A stretch of DNA of 59,578 bases, counting the filler. It is 5 parts of 5 records of this genome, joined end to end, with 100 filler letters (N's around TTAATTAATTAA, not from the genome) between each part and the next. Parts side by side here need not be neighbours in the genome. Positions count along the whole stretch, not along the records: positions 1 to 24,306 come from SRR31147125_10870; positions 24,407 to 35,352 come from SRR31147125_10926; 3 more parts are not named here. One strand, 5' to 3'. The stretch's first letter is position 1. Each line of letters starts with the position of its first letter. The position numbers and the translations under genes are program-made. The notes beneath the pieces were generated by a model that had not been told where the DNA came from, ran no database searches, and saw only the letters and a list, made by a program, of their open reading frames with translations. Below, piece by piece: positions 22,016 to 31,154 of this stretch.

Positions 22016-22810
22016 ATGCAGGTAATAAAAGTTTCCAATCTGTCAGGTAGGTATGTTGTTTATGTTCTATTTGTTATGATTTTAATGAATTTGCCAAAGC
22101 AGTTATCTGCAGAATCTAAAAACATTCAGCACCATTTTATGACACAATTGGAATTTGGTCCGGTCTGGCAGGGGCGAAATGATGTACAGATTCCAAATAA
22201 TCCGACCAGTACGCGTTTTTCACTGGTAGATTTGGTTGGTAAGGGTCCGTTACCTGCTTTACGTTTTTATTTTACCTGGAGGATCAATCCCCGACACGAT
22301 ATTCGATTGCTGGTAGCGCCCTTGAACTATACTAAAAACGGAATTTTTTCTTCACCTGTATCTTTTGTTGGCCAGACTTATAATCCGGGTCAGGATGTTG
22401 ATGCCACTTACAAATTCAATTCATGGCGTCTGACATACCGCTATAATTTTAACCGCGGTGAAAAATGGCACTGGGGGATCGGTTTCACCGCAAAAATCCG
22501 TGATGCCAGGATAAAGCTAAAACAGGATGCTGTATCCTCAGAAAAAACCGATCTGGGCTTTGTACCGTTACTTCATCTTCGTGGTAAATATTTTCCAGGT
22601 GAACAATCCTGGATTTTACTTGACATAGATGCCCTGGCAGGAGGGCCGGGGAGGGCAGAGGATGCAACGATTCAGGTCGGTTATGATTTTAGTGATAAAT
22701 TTAGTATATCTTTAGGTTACCGAACAGTAGAAGGGGGTGCTGATGTGGAAGAGGTTTATAATTTTGCCTGGTTACACTATTTTGTTTCCAGTATCCATTT
22801 TTCATTTTAA
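22016..22810 (+). CDS. Hypothetical outer-membrane beta-barrel protein
   Basis: AGGAG RBS, signal peptide, alternating hydrophobic strands, C-terminal Phe (SIHFSF). Confidence 0.65.
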   Translation: MQVIKVSNLSGRYVVYVLFVMILMNLPKQLSAESKNIQHHFMTQLEFGPVWQGRNDVQIPNNPTSTRFSLVDLVGKGPLPALRFYFTWRINPRHDIRLLVAPLNYTKNGIFSSPVSFVGQTYNPGQDVDATYKFNSWRLTYRYNFNRGEKWHWGIGFTAKIRDARIKLKQDAVSSEKTDLGFVPLLHLRGKYFPGEQSWILLDIDALAGGPGRAEDATIQVGYDFSDKFSISLGYRTVEGGADVEEVYNFAWLHYFVSSIHFSF

Positions 22811-22858
22811 TCGGTAAGGTGGAATGCGCTGGTATTTTTGCAAAGGAGAAAGTTGACC

Positions 22859-24055
22859 ATGACGAAAAAAACACCAGATCCGCGTAACGTTGTTCTTTTG
22901 TCTGACATGCCGGTTCACGAGCAATTGTTATTAAAAGACAGGGCTCTCGCTGTAATGGCAGAGGGCATCACGATTTCCGATAATTTACAGCCGGATAACC
23001 CTATCGTCTATGTTAACGAGGGATTCGAACGATTGACGGGTTTTACCAGGGATGACGTTCTTGGAAAGAATTGCCGTTTTCTGCAAGGTGAGCAAACCGA
23101 TCCGAAAACAGTAGAGGAAATCAAAAGATCCGTGCATGAGCAGAAACCCTGTTCTGTTGAGATTTTAAATTATCGTAAAGATGGAACAACGTTTTGGAAC
23201 TTGCTTTCCATCACACCCATCCGCGACGATTCTGGCCGGGTTACCAATTTCCTCGGGATCCAATCAGATATCACCAGGCGTAAAAACTATGAGAATACGC
23301 TCCACCGCGTATCCGCGGAATTGGAGCAATCAAATCAACACATGAAGAAAGATCTTGAGGATGCCCGGCAATTACAGCTGGCCATGCTTCCTGAACGTCT
23401 GCCAGAACTACCTTATCTGGAGATTGCTGTCGACATGGAAACAGCCCAGGAAGTTGGCGGGGATTATTATGATTTTTACCTGGATAAAAATCAACTGACA
23501 TTTGCAATCGGAGATGCAACAGGTCACGGTCTCAAAGCAGGTACGATCGTTACCGCAACCAAAACACTGTTTAATTCATTTTCCATGCTTGACAATCCGA
23601 AAGAGATTTTAAGCAAAATGTCCGGGTCCTTAAAAGAGATGGGTTTTCGCAACATGTATATGGCCATGTTGATGGCAAAAATATCAGAAAAGAAAATGGT
23701 GATTTCTTCGGCTGGTATGCCCTTTACCTATATCTATAGAGCGACTGATCAAACCGTCATGGATATCCCATTAAAAGGCATGCCGCTTGGTATTTTCCCG
23801 GATTTTGATTATCAGTTAAAAGAGATTGATCTCGACAAAGGGGATACCTTTTTGTTTTTGAGTGATGGCCTTTCCGAAATTTTTAATCCTGAGGGTGAGA
23901 TGTTTGGTGAAGAACGTATTCAATCTTTGTTCGCAAAAGTGGCGCACCAATCACCAACCAGGATTATTAAAACACTGACTGATGCTGCCACTGAGTGGAT
24001 GGGCAGCCCTCAGCCACGTGATGACATGACTTTGGTTGTGATGAAGATTAAATAA
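22859..24055 (+). CDS. LOV (PAS) domain + coiled coil + PP2C/SpoIIE phosphatase (RsbU/RsbP-like)
   Basis: DNPIVYVNEGF, GKNCRFLQG, NYRKDGTTFWN and FLGIQSDIT (LOV); VGGDYYD, GDATGHG, SDGL and DDMT (PP2C). Confidence 0.92.
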   Translation: MTKKTPDPRNVVLLSDMPVHEQLLLKDRALAVMAEGITISDNLQPDNPIVYVNEGFERLTGFTRDDVLGKNCRFLQGEQTDPKTVEEIKRSVHEQKPCSVEILNYRKDGTTFWNLLSITPIRDDSGRVTNFLGIQSDITRRKNYENTLHRVSAELEQSNQHMKKDLEDARQLQLAMLPERLPELPYLEIAVDMETAQEVGGDYYDFYLDKNQLTFAIGDATGHGLKAGTIVTATKTLFNSFSMLDNPKEILSKMSGSLKEMGFRNMYMAMLMAKISEKKMVISSAGMPFTYIYRATDQTVMDIPLKGMPLGIFPDFDYQLKEIDLDKGDTFLFLSDGLSEIFNPEGEMFGEERIQSLFAKVAHQSPTRIIKTLTDAATEWMGSPQPRDDMTLVVMKIK

Positions 24056-24275
24056 TAAACATAAAAGATGAGCGGTAGGGCATGGTTGGCACCGATGAGA
24101 GCTAACCGCGAATAACGCAAGGGCTAGGGAGAATAGGAAAAAAAGTGATAAAATAATTGGAAAGTTGTCTTGTTATTCTGTGTGTGTTTGAGTATACTAG
24201 ACTTTATATTTAAAAAGGCAGGATTAAAAATATCTCAGTGGAGCGAAGGATAAAAGTTATAAACAGGAGCACAGC

Positions 24276-24306
24276 ATGTTCTCTTTTCCCACCTTTAACA
24301 GAACAA
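24276..24306 (+). CDS. Probable start of a gene cut by the contig end
   Basis: AGGAG RBS followed by ATG TTC TCT TTT CCC. Confidence 0.35.
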
Positions 24307-24406
24307 NNNNNNNNNNNNNNNNNNNNNNNNNNNNNNNNNNNNNNNNNNNNTTAATTAATTAANNNNNNNNNNNNNNNNNNNNNNNNNNNNNNNNNNNNNN
24401 NNNNNN
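24307..24406. other. Artificial contig spacer
   Basis: 44 N + TTAATTAATTAA (stops in all six frames) + 44 N. Confidence 0.99.
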
Positions 24407-24407
24407 C

Positions 24408-24740
24408 TTTACCCAGGATATCTTTTACCTGTTTGAAGAATACGAAAAAATCCTGGTTCTGGACATTGTCCGGGCCGACAAAGCCCCGGGCACCATTTAC
24501 AGCCTGGAGGAGGATCAGCTGCGCAAGGATGAAAAGCAGATGCTGTCGCTGCACGACATTGATCTGCTGGACTCCCTGGGCATGGCTGAAATGCGCGGCC
24601 ACCGCCCCTATCTTCGGGTGGTGGGCATTGAGCCGGACACCATTGACTGGGGCACCCAGATGACCCCCACCCTGGCCAAGGCCTTCCCCGGCTACCTTTC
24701 CGTCGTCCGCAAGCACATCAAGGAACTACTGGAAGAATAG
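24408..24740 (+). CDS. Hydrogenase maturation protease (HyaD/HybD family), 5'-truncated
   Basis: KILVLDIV...PGTIY...SLHDIDL...VVGIEP..IDWG..MTP motifs. Confidence 0.85.
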   Translation, partial: FTQDIFYLFEEYEKILVLDIVRADKAPGTIYSLEEDQLRKDEKQMLSLHDIDLLDSLGMAEMRGHRPYLRVVGIEPDTIDWGTQMTPTLAKAFPGYLSVVRKHIKELLEE

Positions 24741-25398
24741 AAGAGTACTCTTCTACCAATAAATTAGCCCCGACCTTAGGCCTCCCCCTGAGCGTCACAA
24801 AGAAGCCGGAAGCAAGGGGCCAAGTCACCACGACTGACTTTTATTACCCTCCTATTTTTAGAATCCTGCGCGGGAAGGTGTTATACCATTGTTGAACTTC
24901 CCCGGGACAAATCAAATCGGGAAGGATTTAAAACCTGTGGCGTTACAGGGTAGTGAGTCACCCACCCATCAAACCTTAGTCCTATGGGCGATCTTCACTG
25001 GAAGAATAAACTCGATAGATTTTGTGTAATATGTATTGAGTTTAAAACTGCCTCTTTTATCAAAAACAGTGGGCATCACGGAATGCAGTGGGCTTTTAAT
25101 AATAGTCTGGGGTTCTGAATCCAATATTGATGGGATTTTTTTTGGCGTAGTCTACAGTGTTAAAATTTGAGCTGTCTATCAAAAATGCATATAGTATCGA
25201 ATGTCGCTTTTGATCCTATATAGACAAATCCAAAGGCTCGCCTTTTGGACCAAATGATTATCCAATTTTTAAAATTTTTCTTTATTCTGCGCGTTTGTTT
25301 TATCTTAAAGTATTGTCATTTTTCAGGGTCCACCTCAGCCTCCCCGGTTGGTGCTGGAATGATAATAGAACTTGATGTTTTCATTTCATCTATATATC

Positions 25399-25438
25399 TT
25401 TAACCCTGTTTAACCGAATGTAGCCGGATTCTGCCCAT
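25399..25438 (+). promoter_or_regulatory. Four phased 10-bp direct repeats upstream of the Xis-like gene
   Basis: TTTAACCCTG / TTTAACCGAA / TGTAGCCGGA / TTCTGCCCAT, directly after a TTGATG...TATAT promoter-like stretch. Confidence 0.5.
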
Positions 25439-25522
25439 GTGGGATCCCGTCCGGTTAAACAACGTGACGAGCCGCCATACATTTTAAAATGGCACAACCC
25501 TCAAAGAATGATGGAGTCGAAA

Positions 25523-25726
25523 ATGGAAGACAGATGGTTGTCTGTAGATGAAATTGGAGACTATCTCGGGATCAAGCGAGATACCGTCTATAAGTGGATA
25601 AGCGAGAAAGGCATGCCTGCCCACAAAGTCGGCCGCCTGTGGAAATTCAAAAAAGAACAGGTGGACAAGTGGGTTGAAAGCGGCGGCGCGGCCGAACAAA
25701 TTGCCAAATCAACTGAGGATAAGTAA
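25523..25726 (+). CDS. Excisionase-family (HTH_17, MerR-like) DNA-binding protein
   Basis: RWLSVDEIGDYLGIKRDTVYKWI...MPAHKVGRLWKF...VDKWV; GGAG RBS. Confidence 0.9.
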   Translation: MEDRWLSVDEIGDYLGIKRDTVYKWISEKGMPAHKVGRLWKFKKEQVDKWVESGGAAEQIAKSTEDK

Positions 25727-25731
25727 CAGAT

Positions 25732-27955
25732 ATGCAGCGAGCCGACACATCATAATCAGATTATTTCATTCATCTGGAATGTTGCAAATAAATTACGTGG
25801 ACCGTATCGCCCGCCGCAATATCGACGCGTCATGCTGCCCATGATCGTCCTTAGACGGTTTGATCTGGTTTTAGCAGAAAACAAGGAACAGGTTCTTGCT
25901 GAAAAGAAAAGGCTGGAAGCAAAGGGTATAACCGGCCCGGCATTGGAAAAGGCATTATCCCGCATAGCCGCTACCGACCGCAAGCAGGAGCTTTTTAATA
26001 CGAGTGGATTTACTTTTGAGAAGCTGCTTGGGGATGCGCCGAACATTGCGGGCAACCTCATTGCTTATATTCAAGGTTTCTCGCCTCGCGCCAGAGATAT
26101 TTTTGACAAGTTTGAATTTGAGGCGGAAATATCAAAACTTGATGAGGCCAATCGTCTTTTTCTGATCATTAAAGAGTTCTGCTCTTCTGAAATTGACCTT
26201 TCCACCCATGCCATCAGCAATCTTCAGATGGGCTACCTGTTTGAAGAACTGGTAAGAAAATTCAATGAGCAGGCCAATGAAGAGGCAGGAGATCACTTTA
26301 CGCCACGCGAAGTTATCAATCTGATGGTTCAGCTTCTTTTCACCGGAGAAGAAGGCATCTATGAAAAAGGTATTTATCGCAGTGTCTATGATCCCACTGC
26401 CGGAACAGGAGGTATGCTTTCAGAATCAGAAAAATTCATATGCGGTGATGGTCAGACGACCGGCTTGAACCCGGATGCGAACATTGAATTGTTCGGCCAG
26501 GAGTATAATCCAGAGTCCTATGCGATCTGCTGTTCTGATCTGCTCATTAAAGATGAACCCATCAGCAACCTGATATATGGCGATACGTTAGGCATTAAAG
26601 ACGCTAAAAACAAAAATAACGGCTTTGTCCCCAATGACGGGCATCCTGACAAAAAGTTCCATTACATGCTGGCAAACCCTCCCTTTGGTGTTGAATGGAA
26701 ACCGGAAGAGGATTTTGTCAAAGAGGAATACAAAAACCTTGGCTTTTCAGGGCGTTTTGGTGCCGGATTGCCCCGCATCAATGACGGCTCACTGCTCTTT
26801 CTGCAGCACATGATATCCAAAATGCATCACCCGCCCCAGGTGGGGGGTGATGGTTCAAAGATCGGTATCGTATTCAACGGCTCGCCTTTGTTTACCGGGG
26901 ATGCAGGGAGCGGGGAATCCAATATCCGGCGCTGGATTATTGAAAACGATATGCTTGATGCCATTGTCGCGCTTCCCGACCAGATGTTCTACAACACCGG
27001 GATTTACACCTATGTGTGGCTGGTGACCAATAAAAAACAGAAACACCGAAAAGGGAAAATCCATCTGATTGACGGCACCCGCCATTTCAAAAAAATGGAT
27101 AAAAGCCTGGGCAACAAACGCAATGAAATGTCGCCCGGTCACATTGCCGAAATTGTCCGGCTCTACGCTGAAAACGACCATGATGCCCAAAGCACGGTCA
27201 TTATTGACGGCAAACCAAAGCCGCGCACGTGCAGTAAAATTTTTGACAACCGGGAATTCGGCTTTCTGAAAATGACAGTGGAGCGGCCTTTGCGTCTGAA
27301 TTTCCAGTGCAGTGCTGATCGTATCCACAGGCTGGAAGAGCAGCGTGCGTTTACAAATCTGGCCACGAGCAAGAAGCGAAAAGATGCGGCCAAGCAAAAG
27401 GAAGAAATTGCAGCAGGACAAAAACTACAGGCACAGATTAAAGCCGTATTGGACGGTCTGGATAAAACAATCCTTTATCGCAACCGGGAGACCTTTTTAA
27501 AGACATTGAACAATGCTTTGAAAAAAGCAGGCTTTAAAATTGCTGCTCCTGTTAAAAAAGCCATCCTGGCCGCTCTTTCAGAGCGTGATCCCGAGGCTGA
27601 CATCTGCACCGACAGCAAAGGAAACCCGGAGCCGGATTCTGAATTGCGTGATACAGAGCTGGTACCATTGCCTTTCGATATCGAACTGCCGTTACCTTTG
27701 GGCTACGATAACCAAACCGATCATGATAAGCTGCTTGATCTGGTGCAAGATCATTGCGAGACCTACCTGCAGGCGGAAGTACTCCCCCATGTTCCGGACG
27801 CGTGGATTGACCACAACAAGACCAAAGTCGGCTATGAGATTCCGCTGACCCGACAATTCTACGTTTACCAGCCGCCAAGACCTCTTGAAGCGATTGCCAA
27901 AGAGATCAGTCAGCTGGAAAAAGAGATTATTTCCATGCTCAGTGAGGTGCTGTGA
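25732..27955 (+). CDS. hsdM: Type I restriction-modification methyltransferase subunit
   Basis: GDHFTPREV, motif I YDPTAGTGGML, motif IV NPPF and MFYNTGI. The conserved N-terminus (FIWNVANKLRG) lies upstream of the called ORF; the ATG at 25732 is out of frame by one extra C. Confidence 0.95.
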
Positions 27956-27957
27956 TG
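27821..27957 (+). repeat. Direct repeat copy 1 (hsdM 3' end including the TGATG stop/start overlap)
   Basis: Ungapped match to 29620-29756, 123/137 identical by hand count. Confidence 0.95.
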
Positions 27958-29425
27958 AGTATAAAATTACAAGAATCGGAACTGATCAGCATGCTGTCGG
28001 AATTACGGAAATTGCCAACAGAAACTGAATGGCTGGAATTAAAACACAACAATAAAGACCCTCAGGAAATAGGCGAATACCTTTCTGCACTGGCTAATGG
28101 AGCCGCCCTGAACGGTAAGGTCCACGCCTATATGGTATGGGGGGTGGATGATTCCAGCCACGACATCATTGGAACCTCATTTAACCCCGGTATCGCCAAG
28201 ATAGGCAATGAAGAGCTGGAGAGCTGGTTGCTGCGACTGCTTTCACCCAAGATCAATTTTCATTTTTATTCCTTTGTTCACGACGGAAAACCAATGGTGC
28301 TCCTGGAGATAGGGGCTGCCTTCAGGCACCCGGTTCAATTTAAAAACATCGAATATATCCGTATTGGCTCTTACAAGAAAAAGCTTAAAGATTATCCCGA
28401 GAAAGAGCGCGAGCCTGTGGCGGGTCTTCGATCGTATTCCATTTGAAAAGGAGGTTGCAGCTGAAAACATTGCCACAGAAGATGTGCTGAAATTGCTGGA
28501 CTATCCAGCATATTTTGACTTGCTTTCACTTCCCCTGCCAGAAGGACGAGACGGAATTTTAGATGCCCTTGCTGCAGAAGAAATGATCCGCAAGGGCAAT
28601 GGCGGGAAATGGCATGTTACGAATCTGGGGGCGGTGCTTTTAGCGCGCAGATTGTCTGATTTTCACACCCTCAGACGTAAGGCCGTTCGCGTTATTCTTT
28701 ACAAAGGGGAAACCCGGGTCGAAACCATTCGAGAACAGGAGGGCGGAAAAGGGTATGCCCTCGGTTTTGAGGAATTGATTGAATATGTAAAAAACCTGCT
28801 TCCAAGTAATGAAGTGATCGGACAGGCATTGCGCAAAGAGGTCCCTATGTTTCCTGAACTGGCCATCCGCGAGATGGTCGCCAATGCCATCATTCATCAA
28901 GACTTCCATATCACCGGAACCGCGCCACTGGTTGAGATTTTTGCCAATCGCATGGAAATTACCAATCCAGGACTGCCGCTGGTGAAAACGGACCGCTTTC
29001 TGGACAGCCCGCCCAAATCCCGCAATGAAGCGCTTGCGTCTTTCATGCGTCGAATCGGCGTATGCGAAGAGCGCGGCAGCGGCATTGACAAAGTGGTTTT
29101 TCAGACCGAACTTTACCAGCTTCCGGCCCCCTTGTTTGAACAAACCGAAGAACATACCCGGGCGGTATTGTTTGCGCACCGGGAATTCAGAGACATGGAC
29201 AAACAGGATCGTATCCGTGCCTGTTATCTGCATGCCTGCCTGCGGTATGTTCAGCGCGATCATATGACCAACAGCACACTGCGTGAACGTTTCGGCATTG
29301 CAGAGAAAAACAGCTCCATGGCGTCCAGAGTCATTAAGGATGCACTGGAAGCCGACAGCATTGTGCCTTATGACAGCCAGGCCTCCCGAAAATTCATGAA
29401 ATATCTGCCATGGTGGGCCAAATGA
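27955..29425 (+). CDS. AlbA_2/Schlafen-like domain + HATPase_c_4 + C-terminal wHTH protein, split by a 1-nt frameshift at ~28415
   Basis: ETEWLELK, LSALAN, MVWGVDD and YIRIGS (AlbA_2); AIREMVANAIIHQDF, EITNPG, RNEALA and EERGSGI (HATPase_c_4). Removing one C gives ERELWRVFD. Confidence 0.85.
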
Positions 29426-29429
29426 ACCT

Positions 29430-29542
29430 TTTATTTGACGGTTATTTGACTGGAGAGGGGAACGCGACACCCCTAACCGGACCTAACGCATTGAAAATAA
29501 ACACGTTAGACGCTTTGTCTTTATTTGATGGCTATTTGACTG
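29430..29542. repeat. Two 23-bp direct repeats 90 bp apart flanking an IHF-like palindromic core
   Basis: TTTATTTGACGGTTATTTGACTG (29430-29452) and TTTATTTGATGGCTATTTGACTG (29520-29542); core CTAACGCATTGAAAATAAACACGTTAG. Confidence 0.8.
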
Positions 29543-29619
29543 AAGGGACGCAACCCTCCTTTTTTTCCTGTTTCAAACATGGAATAAGCGCAACCGTCCG
29601 GAAATGCCGGAACGTTCAA

Positions 29620-29756
29620 ACCAAAGCCGGCCGTGAGATTCCGCCGACCCGACAATGCTGCGTTTACCAGCCGCCACGCCCGCTTGAAGCGATTGCCAAA
29701 GAGAACAGTCCGCTGGAAAAAGAAATTGTTTCCATGCTTAGTGAGGTGCTGTGATG
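29620..29756 (+). repeat. Direct repeat copy 2 (degenerate hsdM 3' end in front of hsdS)
   Basis: Encodes ...YQPPRPLEAIAKENSPLEKEIVSMLSEVL*; 123/137 identical to 27821-27957. Confidence 0.95.
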
Positions 29757-31154
29757 GATTACGTTGCATATAACACTTACAAGAATTCCGGATCATACTG
29801 GCTGGGAGAAATTCCGTCTCACTGGGAAGTGAAGAAGCTGAAATTTGTAGCTACAGTTCAACCAAGCAATGTGGATAAGAAGACTGTAGAAGGTGAAGAA
29901 GAAGTACTGCTTTGCAATTACACAGATGTTTATAAAAACGAATACATAGATAGCAATCTTGTATTCATGCGGGCTACTGCTACAGCTTCTGAAATAAAGA
30001 AATTCAAAGTTGACACAGACGATGTCATCGTCACGAAGGACTCCGAAGATCCTCGAGATATTGCTGTCCCAGCCTGCGCGTCCGAAAAGGTCGAAGGGCT
30101 TTTGTGTGGGTATCATCTCACACAGATAAAATCCTTAAGTGTTTATGGGCGTTATGTGTTTCGTCTTTTCCAATCAAGAGGGTTTAACGCTCAGTTTATT
30201 GTTGCTGCAAACGGTGTGACTCGCTTTGGTCTTCCGCAACATGCAATATCAAATGCTTTTGCCCCGGTTCCTCCTCCCGAGGAACAGCAAACCATTGCAA
30301 CATTTCTCGATTATAAAACAGCGAAGATTGATGCGCTGATTGCCAAAAAGAAAGCGCTTCTGGAAAAGCTGGCGGAAAAGCGCACCGCCCTCATCAGTCA
30401 CGCCGTCACCAAAGGGCTTGATCCCAAGGTCCCCATGCGCGACTCCGGTATCGACTGGCTCGGGGAAATACCGACGCATTGGGAGTTGAAAAAGCTTAAA
30501 TATTTTGCCTCCAATGAAAATGGTATAGGAATTCAAATAGGTCCTTTTGGGGGAATGCTCAAGGATTTGACGTATGATGATGATGGAGAATTTAAGGTTT
30601 ATGGCCAAGAAAACACCTTAAGCGGTGATTTTTACAAGGGACGACGGTGGATAACGAAAACGCAGTTTGAGCTCTTATCAAACTACCAAGCTTTACCAGG
30701 GGATATCCTTTTTACTCGAAAAGGAAGTATTGGGGGATGCACCATTCTCCCCCAAGGTATTCAAAAAGGAATAATTGATTCTGATACCATACGCTTGCGA
30801 ATTAATTCGGCAGTTATGGTTCCTTTGTTTCTTTTATACGCATTCAAGTTTTCCACATATTTTCATGCTCAAGTACAAAGGATTAAGCGAGGCGCGATAC
30901 TAAGTGGACTAAATACAGCAACAATAGCGAACTTGATTGTTATAGCTCCACCACCTTCTGAGCAAAATGAAATAACAAATTTTTTTGAACAAGAAACAAT
31001 GGTGTTGGACTTACTAATGAAAAAAAATGAGTCAGCTGTTGTCCGCCTCCAGGAATACCGCTCCGCACTCATCACCAATGCGGTAACCGGCAAGATTGAT
31101 GTCCGCAGTTTTCGTTTTCCTGAAGACCATATAACCGGAGAAGCCCATGCATAA
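29754..31154 (+). CDS. hsdS: Type I restriction-modification specificity subunit
   Basis: Duplicated SG..WLGEIP.HWE.KKLK and PP..EQ..I..F motifs, ALI..AVT coiled coils, two AT-richer target recognition domains. Confidence 0.95.
   Translation: MDYVAYNTYKNSGSYWLGEIPSHWEVKKLKFVATVQPSNVDKKTVEGEEEVLLCNYTDVYKNEYIDSNLVFMRATATASEIKKFKVDTDDVIVTKDSEDPRDIAVPACASEKVEGLLCGYHLTQIKSLSVYGRYVFRLFQSRGFNAQFIVAANGVTRFGLPQHAISNAFAPVPPPEEQQTIATFLDYKTAKIDALIAKKKALLEKLAEKRTALISHAVTKGLDPKVPMRDSGIDWLGEIPTHWELKKLKYFASNENGIGIQIGPFGGMLKDLTYDDDGEFKVYGQENTLSGDFYKGRRWITKTQFELLSNYQALPGDILFTRKGSIGGCTILPQGIQKGIIDSDTIRLRINSAVMVPLFLLYAFKFSTYFHAQVQRIKRGAILSGLNTATIANLIVIAPPPSEQNEITNFFEQETMVLDLLMKKNESAVVRLQEYRSALITNAVTGKIDVRSFRFPEDHITGEAHA

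Noticed and set aside
24351-24362. TTAATTAATTAA palindrome, repeated four times in the window, as a biological site
   Set aside because: Always centred in 44+44 N; it is a six-frame-stop linker.
29430-29542. Mini-CRISPR array
   Set aside because: Only two units, a 67-bp spacer, internally tandem rather than palindromic repeats, and no cas genes. No CRISPR array was seen anywhere in the window.
29410-29754. 114-aa ORF as a real gene
   Set aside because: It is made of the repeat region plus the decayed hsdM duplicate; at most it provides translational coupling to hsdS.
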